Shown here piece by piece: positions 43,959-58,900 of a stretch of DNA of 64,000 bases; within the stretch, counting starts at the first letter, position 1, and each line of letters begins with the position of its first letter. Below the pieces are notes generated by a model, which was given only the letters and a program-made list of their open reading frames with translations, was not told the DNA's origin and searched no databases. Where the stretch lies: positions 131,298 to 195,297 of the forward strand of contig JALHMI010000014.1 in the NCBI GenBank assembly GCA_022844125.1. The letters are read 5' to 3'. The position numbers and the translations under genes are program-made. This stretch comes from Pirellulales bacterium. Its GTDB lineage: Bacteria > Planctomycetota > Planctomycetia > Pirellulales > PALSA-1355.

Positions 43959-46900
43959 ATGCTCAAGCTGTGGAAACCCTGTCGTTCCCACCACCTGCAG
44001 GCGCGCAAATTCCGCAAACCGGAGTTTCAGCCCTTAGAAGAGCGCGCGCTTTTAGCGATTGACACTCACTTCCAAGAGGGTGTGCTCCGGATCACCAGCG
44101 ACGAAGTTCAAATCTCGCTTCTTGGTGCAGGTTCGGATGTCAAAGTCAATGAATCCGTCCCAGATGGCGGGCGCATCGCAGTTTCCGATGTGCGTGTTGC
44201 TCAGTTTAGCGGCGGCCCCGAAACCAAGACGATTGACGTCTCTGGTATTAGCCTTGAGCAGTTTCCTTCACTCCGCATGCTGGACTTTACGAGCGGCGTC
44301 TGGATAGATCCTGTCAAGACGGAGCAAATCGCGGACGAGATTCTGGGACCGGGATGGGCACAGCAGCTCAAGATCTCAGACGCGCAAGAGTTCCTCACAA
44401 GTGGCGACTGGCGTGAGCCTCTGAATGATGGCACCCTGTCCAAACAGTTGACGGCCGCTGGCTGGGGAAACGCTGATGGTCTGATTGACGAGATCGTGCG
44501 GCGCACCAACCGGGAAGCACGTGTCGGAATCGTGCCGCTGGGTCCACTTCACGCGCTGACTCTTGACTCGCTGTTCAACGGCAGTCTCAATTTCGATAAA
44601 GGGGGTGAGGGCGGCTCTCGTGAGCCCGTCGCCGAACCTTTGAGTTTCGGCGGCGAGGGAGATCCGACACTGCACGTTACCGGCGGAAGCGATGAAGAGC
44701 CAATCGATGCAGAAGCACCTATAGGGCATTTTACGTTTGTAGTACACGCCCAGGATTTGGAAGGAACCAGCAGCAATATCAATACGATTACATTCGATTG
44801 GGCCATCCCGGACCTTAATTCCTCAATTGGCGTGACTGCAAAGCATTCGGATGACTATACCGTCGACCACTCTGGCCTGGATCCTTATGCTACATCTGGA
44901 CATGAAACGTTTTATAGCAACGGCACGCAAACGTTTGTCGTCAACGTCTGGATTCCTTACGACGCAATTCCTGAGCCGGATGAAACGCTGAGAATTGTGG
45001 TCAGCAACGTCACCGGCGCCGAATTGGTGCAGACATACGCGATCGGCACGATTGTCGGCCTTCCGAAAGTCAGCATTTCGAATGCCGAGGTCGACGAGGA
45101 CACGCCCGCGGGCGAAGTAGTTTTGACGCTGACGATGGATCGAGCAGCCAGCGACGATGTCGTCGTCGACTGGGAAACAGAGGATTTGCCCTCTCCGCCG
45201 AAGGCTGAAGCAGCGTTGGATTACGTTTCCACGACCGGCCAGGTCACATTTGAGGCCGGGTACACGGTCCGCACAATTACGGTGCAGATTCTCGACGATA
45301 CCCTCGCCGAAACCGACGAGCAATTCAAAGTCAAGCTGACGGGCATCAGTGCAAATGGGCGGCTCAGCACCACGGCGAGTGAGAACGAGGCCACGGTAAC
45401 GATTATCGACGGCAACGAATTGCCGACCATCGAGGAACAATCCAGCCCGTTCGAGGTGCCGGAACTGAGCCTGCCACACACCCCCGTCGGTGACGTCGAG
45501 GCCGAAGATCCAGAGGACGGCGCGAAGGTCAAGTTCGAAATTACCGGCGGCAATGCGCTGGGGATATTTGGAATCGGTAGCGACGACGGAAAGATTGAGA
45601 TTATCGATGGCCGCTTGCTGGACTACGAGGTTTCGGACACACATGTCCTGGAGGTAACCGTCACTGACACCGAAGGCGGCACGGCGACACGCAACTTCAC
45701 GATTCTCGTCACCGACCTCAACGAATCACCGATCCTGGTAAACAGAACCTTCACGATCGCCGAGAATTCAACCGTCGGCACGCCGGTCGTCAACCACGGA
45801 GGCAGCGTCGCCAGCTCTCCGGACGACTGGGACAACGTCAACGGCGCGGTGCAAACAATTACGTACAACATTACGAGCGGTAACCACGACAACCTGTTTG
45901 ATCTCGACGGGAGCATCCTCAAGGTCAACAACCAGCAATTGCTCAACTACGAGGCGCTCTCCAAACGGATCCTGACGATCACCGCGTCGGATGGGCTATT
46001 GACGACTACCTCGTTGGTGACGGTGACTATCCAAGATGTGCTGGAGGATCCGGAGATTCAGGATCAGCAGTTCGAGCTGTCGGAGAACAGCCCGGCGGGG
46101 ACGCCGGTTGGAACTGTGGTGGTGGCGTTTCTCGATGCGGGCGAAACGGCGACGTTCAGCTCGACGGAGGTCCCGGCGGGATTTGCGCTTGATTCGTCTG
46201 GGCGCATCACGCTCGTGGGGCCATTGGCACTCGACTACGAGGATCCCCTGTATCCGGGCGGACGAGAGTTTGAGTTCACGGTGGATGTCTATGACGGCTC
46301 CGCTTGGAGTTCGGCCGAAATCACGATCAAGGTGACGGACGCCAACGACGCGCCGATCATTGAATCCGCGAATTCGTTTTCCGTGGATGAAAACACGGCC
46401 CACGGCACGGCCGTTTTTCCAGTCGTGGCGACGGACGTCGACGCGGGAGACACGCTGCGGTATTCGCTGGGGCTTTACGCCCTCCCGGCGCCGCATGCCA
46501 ATCCCTTTGCGATCGATCCGAACACCGGGCAGATCTACCTCCAAGGTTCGCTGGACCACGAGGCGGTGGGCCAGTATACGCTGGTGGTCGACGTCACCGA
46601 CCGCGGCTTGCTGCGCACCTCGCAAATCATCACGGTCACAATTGGCGATGTGAACGAAGCGCCGCGGATTGAGAATCAGACGTTTAAGATCGGCGATGAA
46701 GCAATTGAGATCGTGGAGAACTCACCAGTCGGTGCTCTTGTCGGACGAATTGCCGCAACAGATCAAGACGCGGGTGACGTTTTGACGTATGGAATTTCCT
46801 CTTCGGCCTACAGCTACAACTGGAATGATTTCTTTATTTTCGATTCCACTACGAAAGAGTTGTTCGTCAAGGTCGGCGCCAACTTTACAGCGGCGCAATA

Positions 46901-49900
46901 CAAACTCGATGTCACGGTGACGGACGACAACACACCGGCGCTTTTGGATACCGCACTCATCACGATTAACGTGGAGAACACTCCTGACACGATCACGCTG
47001 GTAGCGACCGTGCGAGATTTTCACTCATCTAAGTGGAACCCTCCGGATGGCGCCACCACTTTGCCGCATCCAGACTTTCAGATGGGCAGCGATAGCGAAA
47101 TTGGACGAGCTTACGGATTACAACAAGGGCTGGTGAACGATCAACTTGGCCCCGACGGCAAGCCCGTCTTTTCGGGCATCGGCAATTGGATAAACAATGC
47201 ACAATCCTTCAGTACTTGGTATCGAGATGATGCCAGGTACAACCGATCGAGTTCGCTGGAACTGACATTCAATCTAGAGACGCGCGAATCTCAGACTGCC
47301 TATTGGTTTAGCGACACCTCGTTTTTTCCAATCACCGGTAAATTATTCAATGTCCTCCCCATCTCCGATCCTGATTTTGAACCAGTGCCGACTGGTGCCG
47401 GCATCCCCGCGGAGAACTTTCACTTCACGTTAGAGATCCAAGCTGAGTTTACGTATCACGAAGATGATAATCAGTACCTCAGCTTGTTCGAGTCGGACGA
47501 TGATCTCTGGGTATTCATCAATGGTCACCTTGTCGTCGACATTGGGGGAGTTCATGGCGCCTTGTCCGGCGATGTCAACCTGAATGACGAGGCGACTGCG
47601 ATCGGCTTGGTGGACGGTCAGACCTATCCCATCGACATGTTTTTTGCAGAGCGGAATACGGACAAGTCGAACCTTCAGCTATTCACCAATATCGATTCGC
47701 TTCGGCCGCGTGCCTACATAATTAAAGAGCAAACTCGACTCGTCTCCACCTTCGAGCATGCCGTGGGTGGCAGCAGCCAACTGCCGGTGACGATTCCGGA
47801 AAATCCTCAGGCGCTGGCCGTGGACTTTTCGAACTTGAGTTTCGACGTGGACGACCCGAACTCCACGAAGGACTCGTTCGAGATTGCCCTGGTGGACTCC
47901 CAGGGCAATTCCCTGGTGCCCACGATCGCTGTGGGGAGAGACAGCTTCTATAATGCCACCGAAGGAGAGCAGCCGCTCATCGCGCGCGGCGCGGTTCAGC
48001 AGAACAGCTCGACGGTCCTGCTGGATATTTCGCAGCTTACGCCAGGGACAGTCGGATACCTTGTCACTCGCTTGGTCAACAACGATGGAGTGCCGGCCGG
48101 GACGAATGATGGTACGGACACATCGACCTCGGTAATGGTCACCGGCAGCGTCCGGTTTCTCGGATCGATCCCCAGTGAGTTGGAAGCTGCCGCGACCCTG
48201 CCGACGGTGAGTCCCGTTGCCGAGGTGGACGGAACGGTCGTCCTGGAAGCGGAGCGTCCTACGTCGTCGAGCGGCGGGGTTGCCAGTTCCAGCGGACATC
48301 ACTGGCAGGGACAAAGCGACGCGGCTGCCGGTGGCGACGCCTACCTCGCGGCACTTCCCGATATCGGAGCCGTCAAAGCGGCGTCTGACGGTCCGCGTTT
48401 GGACTACGCCATCGAGTTTGCCACGCCGGGCACGTACTACGTCTGGCTCAAGATGCGCGGCCTGGAGAAGCTGGCTCCTCCGTCAACGTCTTACATCGAC
48501 GGAGCCGTGACCGTGGGCTGGAACGGAACGCCCCAGAGCACTCCCATCGAAGCCGCGGACGACCAGTGGACCTGGCAAAGCGCCCCCGCCACGATCACCG
48601 TCGACAGCGCCGGGCTGCACACGCTGAACCTGTGGATGGTCGAAGATGGCGTGCAGGTGGATTCCATCGTTTTGAAACAAGCAACAGGCGCGCCGACCGG
48701 TAGTGAGCCACTCAGTCCTCCGGCCGCCCCCTGGACCAGTCGCCCGGCGGATTTCTCCGCGCTTTCGGACGTGAGCACCACGTTCGACGTCGAGTACGGC
48801 CGCACTTCGTACAACGCGGCAGACAAAGTGCTGTTTGCCAACGTCACTTTGACCAGCAACGGCCGCTACTCGGTGCGCGGCGATACCGCGCCGCTGCTGG
48901 TGGGCGTGACCAACATCAGCCATCCACTCGTTTCGCTGCTGGATGTCGATGGCTATACGCCGGACGGCATGCCCTACTACGACGTCTCGCGGCTCGGCTT
49001 CACGCGTAGTGACGTCTGGCTGAAAGACGGAGATCGGGTGCCCGACCTGGAACTGAAGTTTTCCAATCCGTCGGGCGTTCAGTTTGACTTCGAGCTGGTC
49101 GTACTGGGAGCGCTGAACCGGGCCCCGCAGTTCGTCTCCGAGCCGATCACCCAGGTGAGCCTGAATAGTCCCAGCGACTACCAGTACACGCTGGAAGCGG
49201 TCGATCCGGATGCAGCAGGGAATCCGAGCGAGACGCTCGTGTATACCTTGGTGCACGGGCCTGCGGGACTGGAGCTGAACGACAACGTCATTACCTGGTC
49301 GACCACCGAGATCGCCGCGGCCGGAGTGGGGGCCTACAACGTCCTCGTGCGCGCCACGGATCCGCATGGCGCCTACGCGATTGACACCTGGACGATTAAC
49401 GTGGTGAACGTGCCCAATCGGCCGCCCAGGTTCACATCCATTCCGGTCGTCGACGCGTACGTAGGCGAGACATACACCTACACGTTGAGCGCAACGGACG
49501 ACGACGGCGATACGCTCTACTTTGAACGAGAGCTGGATCCGGGAGGATCATTCACCCTCAACGGTAACGTCATCACGTGGGTTCCGCTGTTGAGCGAGGT
49601 GGGCACCACTGTTGAGATCAAGCTGCACGTCGCGGACCGCACCAGCGAAGATCCCGATCGACTGATTGACGAGCAGGTGTTCCACATCTTTGTGCATCCC
49701 AGTCCGCTGAACCAGAATCCCGTGATCATCAGCGAGCCGTCGTATTCGTATGAGCGGCCCGGCGAAACCAGTTCGCATGATGGCGACGTGCGGGTCGACA
49801 GCACCCAAGGAACGACGATTACCATTCCTAACCTCGCGCCGGGGGAAGTTTATACCGATAAGATCTCGGTCGACGTGCCGGCGGGCTTTTCCGGAGTGAA

Positions 49901-52900
49901 TGCCGCGGACATCGTGTTCATCGTCGATGAATCGGGGTCCATGCAGGGAGAGCATGAATGGCTGGCGGGAGTGGCCGAACTGATGGACACGGAACTACTC
50001 TCCAAGGGCATTGGAGCCGTAGCGCCCAATCGGTTTGGAATCGTCGGGTACGGTGAAGCCCCGGCTGACCTCAGCGGAACCGGACTCTTCCCGCATGCCC
50101 ATGCGATCGGCGCGAACGAGCATTTCGGTTCGGCCGAGGATTTCGCGGCGGCCGCTGGGGACTTGGTCACCACCGGCGGTGTCGAAGACGGTTGGCTGGG
50201 GATCGACTATGCGCTGCGCACCTATCCGTTCCGCGAGGGCGCGTCGATCAACATCATTCTGGTCACGGACGAAGATCGCGACAACTCGGACGGTTCGCTG
50301 ACGTATCAGAGTGTGCTCTCCGCCTTGAAAGCCCAAGGGGCCATCCTGAATGTCGTCGCACGCGCCACCTATCGACACAATTCTGACGTCGGTCTCGGCG
50401 TGGATTCCAACGGCGTGATCTACCTGCCCGACGGCACGGGCTACACGACAGAAACGACGGCTCAATTCATCAGTGCCTACGGCACAACAAAACTCGACTA
50501 CGTTGAGCTCGCGCACGCCACGGGGGGCGCCGCCTGGAACCTGCAGATGCTGCGCGACAGCGAACAGATGGCCGAAGCTTTTACCGCCGCGTTCGTGGAT
50601 ATGAAAGCGCAGGAAATCGCCTCGCGGCTGGGGATCGAGCTGGTCGTCGAGCCAGAGGACTCGGTGTTCGTGAATCTGTCCGGCATCCAGCCCGGCGTCG
50701 ATCCCAGCGGTCGGGTGTACTTCGATATTCAACTGGTGGGCGATGGCCGCCCGCATGCCTTCGACATTCGATTCATGGAGATGGGAACGGGCCAGCAACG
50801 GGGTTTGATCCCGGTGACGATTAATCCCGATGGGTACGTCTATGACGTCGATGCGATCGACCCCGACGTGGAAGACGAGTTGACGTATTCGTTTGAGGGA
50901 AACCATCACGGGGCGAATATCGACCCCGGAACCGGCGAAATCACCTGGCAACCCTCGGCGGACGGGCGTTACGCCTTCGAAGTCCTGGTCACCGACGGAA
51001 AAAGCGGCGAGGATCGGCAGAAGTGGACCGTGACCGTCGGCTCGAACAGCACCGGCAATCACGAACCGGTTATCATTTCCACCCCGCCGCTGGAAGGCAG
51101 CGTCGATCGGGCCTATCAGTACGAATTGGCCGCAACCGACACCGACGGCGACACCTTGTCCTATCACCTGCTGGCGACGACCGCGGATGGGATGACGATC
51201 GACCGCCGGACGGGGGTCATTCTGTGGTCGAGTCCGATCGCGGGGACGTATGAGTTGAACGTTCGCGTGGCCGATGGCAGGGGAGGTGTCGATGAACAGA
51301 CCTTCACGCTCGACATTAGCGAGACCGAGATCGTCAGCAACCAGGCTCCCTTGATTCGTTCGACGGCGCCGACGACCGCAATCGCGGAGGAGACTTTCCG
51401 CTACGACGTGCGAGCGTTCGACGCGGATGGCGACGTTCTGACATACGATCTGATCGAAGCGCCGGAAGGCATGGTGATCGAAGCGGGTTCGGGGCTCATC
51501 GTCTGGAAGCCCAGGTACGATCAGCTTGGCGACTTCTCGGTGCTGGTTCGCGTGAGCGATGGCGAGGACTTCGACCTGCAGCGATTCGATCTCAACGTCA
51601 TCACGCTCAACGAACCACCCAGCTTCGTCTCGCTCCCGGATCAGTCGGCGGCCGTCGAAGCTGAGTGGAAGTACGAGCTGATTGGCGATGATCCGAACGG
51701 CGATGAACTGGATTTCCGACTGGATCGCGGTCCGGCGGGGATGACGGTTGAGCTCGAAGATGGCAAATGGTTTGCGAGCTGGACGCCCCAGTCGGGTGAT
51801 CTCGGCAAGGACTTTTACGTTTCGATCATCGCTGACGACCTGCGCGGCGGTCAAACGCTGCAACAGTTCTATCTGCCGGTGCGCAGCAACCTGCCGCCCC
51901 AGTTCGTCCTGGATCCGGAGCAGAACTTGACGTTCATCTTCCTGGACGAGGCGCCGTATTCGGTCAGCTTCGGAGTGGATGATCCGGATGGCTTCAACGA
52001 ATTCGACGATATCGCGGTGACGGCGCGCCTGGACGACGTTTCGCTTGCGCGGGGGATGACGATTACCCAAACGGAAGATGAGCCGGAGCACACCATCACT
52101 TGGAATCCCACAATTGAGGGCGACTATCCCGTCTCGGTCACGATCGTAGACACCTCGGGCGCCACGCGGACGATGACGTTTATGCTGCGCGTGGCTGAGC
52201 GGATCACGAACAAGCCGCCGCGGATCACATCGGTGCCAACCGGCCCGGCCTATGTTGGACAGCAGTACAGTTACGAGCTGGCGGCCGTCGATCCTGACGA
52301 GGATGCGGTCGAGTTCAATATCGAAAGCGGGCCGCCTAGCCTGGCATTATCTGAAGTGAATCAGCGCTGGGTTCTCACCTGGTCGCCGACCGACGTCGGT
52401 ACGTATCCGATCTCGATCGCCGCCACCGATGGCAAGGGGGCCAAGTTCATTCAATCGTTCGACCTGCCCGTGGTAACCCTCCCCACAGCGAATGACCCAC
52501 CGACGATCCAGTCTCGCCCGACCGGGCCGGCCTTCACCGGCGAGACCTGGCATTACGTAATCGAAGCGACGGATCCCGAAGGGCAACCGTTGTTTTATTC
52601 GCTGGATCAGGATTCGCTGAATCGCGGGATGACGATCTCCGCGAACGTGGTCAGTTGGACGCCGGCGGACGAGGGCAACTTTGAGATCGAGGTTCGCGTG
52701 ACGGACAGTGTCGGCCAAGAGATCGCGCAATCGTTCATGCTCCCCGTTCGAGAGCTGCCCGACGCACCGATTGGCAACCTGCTGCCGGAGATCACCTCGC
52801 AGCCGCGCGGCCCGGCGTATGTCGGACAGCCGTACGTCTACCAGGTGACCGCGACCGACGCAGACGAGGATGAAATCGAGTATCGATTGGATCTGGCGTC

Positions 52901-55900
52901 CGAGGTACTCGGCGTGAAGATCGATGCCCTGGGAAAACTGACCTGGTCGCCCGGCGAAGTCGGCGACTTCCTGATCACGGTCATCGCCGATGACGATGGC
53001 GATCCGGAAAACGGTTACACGCTTCAGCATTTCATCCTGCCGGTGCTCGCCGCGCTGCCGGCTGCGAATCCGCCCATCATTCGCTCGCTGCCGCCGGGGC
53101 CAGCGCAAAATCAGCGGCTGTATGAATACCAGCTTGACGCTTATGATCCCGATGGCGACCGCCTGCAATATGTCCTGGAAAGTGCTCCCGCGGGGATGAC
53201 CATTGACCAGAACGGACTCATTCGGTTCGTGCCCAGCACGCTGCAACCGATCGTCGCCCGAGTCATGGTGCGCGACGAGCGAGGGTTAGGAGTCCTCCAG
53301 GAAATCAATGTCCCGGTCGTTCCGCAAACGGATCGCAACGATGCTCCCAAGATTACGTCGAAGCCGCGCGGGCCGGCGGCGGTCGGTCGCGCGTATGAGT
53401 ACCAGGTGATTGCGTCGGATCCGAACGGGGATCCGCTCACGTACTCGCTGGATGGCGACTCCGAGGCCCGCGGAGCCAAGATCAGCAGTTCCAGCGGCTT
53501 GATCACCTGGAAACCGACCGCGCGCGGCAACTACCGCTTTGTGGTCACGGTGTCCGACGGCTCGGCCGCCACGATGCAGACCTTCGATCTGCCGGTGGTG
53601 GACAACGCTCCGCCGACGATCGTGTCGACGCCCGTTCAGACCTTTGACCTCGCCGGCGAAGATGCCTATTTGTATTCCATCGACGTGGATGATCCGAATT
53701 CTCAAGACGAATCTCAGCTTCAATACAGCCTGGATCCGGCATCCGACTCGATAGGACTGGCGCTTGTGCCATCCGGTCCAGGACAGGCTACGTTGCAATG
53801 GACGGATGCGCAGGCCGAAATAAAGGGCCCGGGTATTTATCACGTTGAGATTACGGTGACCGATCCGGCCGGCGCGGCTTACACCCAGCGATTCGACCTG
53901 CAGGTTTACGACTCGGCTGACGATAATCAGCTTCCGATGTTTACAGGGACGCCGAGGACCGTAGTCCAGGCCGGACAACTATTCGTTCAGCAAGTCGAGG
54001 CATTCGATCCGGATGGGGATCCCATCGAGTACGAACTTGTGAGCGGGGCACCGCCGGGCATGTCGATCAGCACTTCCGGGCTGATTCAATGGCAGACTTC
54101 GGCCGAGGACGTCTCAGCTACGCCGTACGAGTACTTTATCCGAATCAAAGACAATCGTAGCAGCAGCTTTGGTGACCCTGAACAATTTAGCCTCTTAGTC
54201 ACCCTGGCGCCGGCTCCGAATGCTGCTCCGGAAATCACTTCCACGCCGGTCAGTGGGGTGGTCATCGGCACGCGGTACACATACCAGGCGGTGTCCGAGG
54301 ATCCGGACGGCGACGCTCCGCTGTCGTGGTCGCTGGATAAGGCGCCCGCGGGCATGTTCGTCGACGCCAAGACTGGTCTGATCACCTGGACCCCGCGCAC
54401 GAGGCAACTCGGCACGCACGAGGTCATCCTGCGCGTCACCGACCCGTTCGGCGCCTCAGGAATCCAAACCTTCCAGCTCGTGGCCCGCGGCACGAACATG
54501 CCGCCGCAATTCCTGACGACGCCTGGGTCGATCGCCGTGGAGGGAGAGGAATATGTCTACACGTTCTCCGTTCAGGATCTGGATACGCCGCTGGAAGATC
54601 TCGTGTTTGCCCGCACGGTGTTTCCCGCCGGAACTTCGGCTGTGGAAACGGTAGAGGAAGACCCCACCTTGCGTCGGATTCGTTGGACCCCGGGCACCGG
54701 TGATGCCGCTGATCCGCCGCAAGAGTTCAAACTCACGGTCAGCGATGGCCAGATTACCACGACGCAGACGTTCTACGTCACGGTCTCGACCGATCTGGCC
54801 GACGCGCGCCGGGCGCCGGAAATCACCTCGCAGCCCATCCTGCGCGTGATGCTGGGCGAAGACTACGAATACACCGTCGTCGCCACCGACGCCGACGGCG
54901 AGTCGAGTGGTCTTCAGTACAGCGTAATCGTTCCGACGGGTTTGGAAACTGAAATCGTCTTTGATTCGTCGCCCAACCAAAACCGGCTTCGCTGGAACAA
55001 CGTGAATGTGTCCCCGAACGACTACCTCGTGCAGGTGATCGTCGAAGATGCCATCGGGCTGAAGGCCGTGCAGACGTTCAGGATTCAGGTGTTCACGGCG
55101 CTCTACAACGCGCCGCCCGTGATCACATCCGAGGCGCCAGGGAATGTCCTGAAGGGAACCCTCTACGCCTACGATGTCAAGGCCAGCGATCCGAACCTGG
55201 CCAGCGGAGATTTTCTGACGTACGGCGTCTCGGTCGTCAGCGGCAACCCCGTGAATGAACCCACGATCGATCGCTACGGCCGGCTGCGCTGGCAGTCGTC
55301 GCCCGCGGATAGCGGTCCGGTCAACTTCCTGGTCCTAGTCACGGACAGCTTCGGCGCGCAGGACACGGAATCGGTCGCAATCTCGCTGCTGACGGATGAG
55401 ACTGGTCCCCGGGTCGACGTGCAGGCGAACTTCGAAAGCGCGCCCGTCGGCAGCCAGGTCACATTCTACGTCGATGCCATCGACAACTTCGATGGCCGCA
55501 ACGTGCGGGAGCTGACGCTGTATGTCTACATCGACGCGGATAACAACAATGCGTTCGATCCGTCCGAGGGGGAGGCAATACCTGTCGGCGCTTCGCGGTA
55601 CATCACGCGCACGCTCTCCACAGCCGGTGCCATCCGTTACTATGCCACGGCCAAAGACACGGTCGGCAACCCGAGCGCATCGCTCACGCGGCAGGTGCAG
55701 GTTTTCAACTGGGACGATCCGCCGCCGTACGTCTTTATCCAGTCCCCCACCTCGGACAACACTATCTCCCGTCGGGTGGACGTCGTCGGCAGCGTCAAGC
55801 TCGATACTGAATCGGATTCAGAATCCATCACCTACTCGGTGTCGCTCGTTTCTCTCGACCCGGCCGCCAGCAACGCGCGGATCGAGCTGGGCAGCTTCCA

Positions 55901-58900
55901 CGGCCAGCGCGGACTGAGCAGCCCAGAAAGCCTGGGCGCCGTGATCGATCCGTTCTGGCTGCCGAACGGCAGCTACTGGCTGGTGGTCACGGCCTTCGAC
56001 GGAATCGCCGAGCCAACCACCGTCAGCCGCCAGATCAATATTCAAACCGACGCCAAGCTCGGCAACTTCAGCCTCACATTCACGGACCTGGAAGTCCCCG
56101 TGGCCGGTATTCCCGTCACGCTGACCCGCACCTACGACACATTCGAGGCCACACGCGACGGGCAGTTCGGCTACGGCTGGAAACTGAACATCGCCAATAC
56201 CGATCTGCAAGTGACGGGGGCTTCGAGCATCAACGGGTTTGCCGACGGGACGCTGCTCACGATCACGATGCCCGACGGCAGCCGGGAAGAGTTCGTCTTC
56301 CAGGCTCAGCAATCCTACGGCGGCGGGTACATTCCTACCAACATCTTCCGACCGACCTTCGTTCCCAAGGACGCCAAGACGACGAGTCGCCTGAGCGTGC
56401 CGTCGCAAGACCTCTATCGCCTGGGCGCCTACTATATCGATCCGCTCTTCGGCAAATCCTACGATCCGGCCAAGTGGGGAGACGACTACCTGCTCACCAC
56501 GCGCGAAGGACTCAAGTACCTGATCGATAGCGGTACGGGCGATCTGATTTCGATCACCGATCGCCACGGCAATGTCCTCAACTACACCTCGGCCGGCGTG
56601 CACGACCAGAACGGCGTCGGCATCACGCTCGAGAAAACCGGCGGCAAGATCACCGCGGTCATCGATCCGAACGGTCGACGAATCACCTACGGTTACGACG
56701 CCAACGGCGACCTGGTCAGCGTGACCAACCGTGCCAACGAGAAGACAATTTACGAATATGACTTGCAGCAGTCCGGTCGGCCGCACTTCCTGACGGCGAT
56801 CAAAGACGCCCGCGGCGTCACCGTGGCCAGGGCCAACTTCGACCCAGTTACCGGCCAGCTCACGGGTCTCGTGGACGCTGCCGACCAGGCGGCCAACTTC
56901 GATTACACGCGCGACCTGGGGGGCGGGTTCAGCCTGGAAACCGTCCGCTCTACCGCCGGCCGCACGGAGCTTGTCCGCGATGGTCTGGGCAACGTGATTC
57001 GTCGCATCCAGCTCATCAGCGAACCGACCTCACCGGATCCGGCGGCCAACCGCTACCAGATCACGATCTTCCGCTTCGACGATCCGCTGAATCCCAACCT
57101 GCAAACCGCGGCCAGCATTCCGTTCGAGCACGTCGGCGATGCGGGCCGGCTCGACGTTGAGCCTGCCAACCTCAAGTGGGCCTCGCGCTCGGAGTACGAC
57201 ACCGCGGGCAACCTGAAGTACACCCAGGACGCGCTCGGCTACAAAACCGAGTACCTGAATTACGACGAGTTCGGCAACCCCTCGGTCGTCATCGACGCGC
57301 TCGGCCGCCGTACCGAGAACACCTATTTCAACGGCCTGCTGACGCGCACCAAGGACGCCGAAGGCGGCGTCACCGAGCTCAACTACTACCTGAACGGCCT
57401 GGTGCAAAAGGTCACCCAGATCGACGCCAACGGCGACCGCATCGAGACGAGCTTCGTCTACGACGGCTCGGGGCGGCTGATCGAGTCGACCGATCCCTCG
57501 GACATAACGCGCTACTTCGTCTACGACGCCCGCGGCAATCAGACGCTGTCGTATTTCCACTGGGACGACCCGGCACAGTCGGCCGGCGGAACGGGCTTAG
57601 CCGGTGACGAGGAATTCGATCTGACAATCGTCACCCGCACGTACTACGACGCGGAAGATCGCGTCAAGGGCACGGCCCAGTACACGTTTGACTATGAGAA
57701 TCTCCCCAATCTCACGGCGGCTGACCTTCTTGATGATTACGATTTGACAAACCGGGACTGGACCACGTCCACCGAGTACAACACGGCCGGGCAGATGGTC
57801 GCCTCGACCGATCGCTTCGGCGTCACCTCCTACTCGCTCTATGACGTGCGGGGAAACGTCGTCGAGTCGCGTACCGAGACCTATCCCGTCGATAGCATCC
57901 CGGCCTGGATCGTCACCCGCACCGTGTATGACGACAGCGGCCGGGCGATCGCGACCAGCGATCCGTTCATCGTCACGAACCCCCTGAGCCCCGTCGATCC
58001 GAGTTTCACACCGGCGGGGGACGAACTTATAACGCTCGCAGTCGACCTCCGCGTCAGCGAAACCGACTACGACGCGCTCGGTCGGGTAACCGAATCGCGG
58101 CGGCTGGACGGACTTGAGATTTCCATTGAGGTCATCGATCCGGATCCCGAATCGGATATCCGAATCTACGAGATCGACTACAGCGTGCGAGAGACATTTG
58201 GTGTCGCTGACCACATCCTGGCCCGCAGCCAAACCATTTACGACGGTCGCGGCCAAGTGGCGAAGACCATCACCTACGACACCACCCACGACACCGATCC
58301 CGTCAATGAGATCCTGCACCAGGTGTGGTTCGAGTACGATGCGGTCGGCCGGCAGACGGCCACGATTCAGGTCGTCGACCTCGATCAGGATGGAACTCCT
58401 GAATTCGACGACCCGAATGGCGACGGAATTCCCGACGGCGGGCCGGAGTTCATCCGCACCGCAACTACCTACGACCGGGTCGGTCAGCAAGAGTACGCCA
58501 CCGACGCCCGGGGCACGGTTACCAAGTTCCTGTACGACAAAACCGGCCGCCTCACGACCACCATCTCCGACTTCGGCGGGCGGAACATCGACATGCAGAC
58601 CAAGTACGACGTGCTCGGCCGCCGCACCGACAGCTACGACGCGCTCGATCGCCGCACGCAGTACTGGTACGACGCGCAGGGCCGGCTCACCGAAGTCTGG
58701 CTGCCGGAAGTTACCACGAATCTTGCCGAGTCGGTCACCGGCATGGCCAAGTACCAATACGCCTACGATGCTCACGGCAACCAGATGCTGATCCGCGACC
58801 CGATGGACAACGATCTCGGGTTTGGCTCTGACGACAAGGAAACCTGGTTCACCTACGACGCCTTCGGCCGGCAGAAGACGCGCGAGCTCCCCAATGGCCT

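Noticed and set aside
49995-52091. 698-codon ORF on the minus strand inside the giant RHS gene. Similar long antisense ORFs occur at 58908-60542, 57597-58775, 55818-56786, 52347-53246 and 48483-49367.
   Set aside because: These are shadow ORFs of a high-GC coding strand. Their translations are Arg/Gly/Val/Asp-rich low-complexity strings with no motifs, while the plus frame carries continuous recognisable domains.
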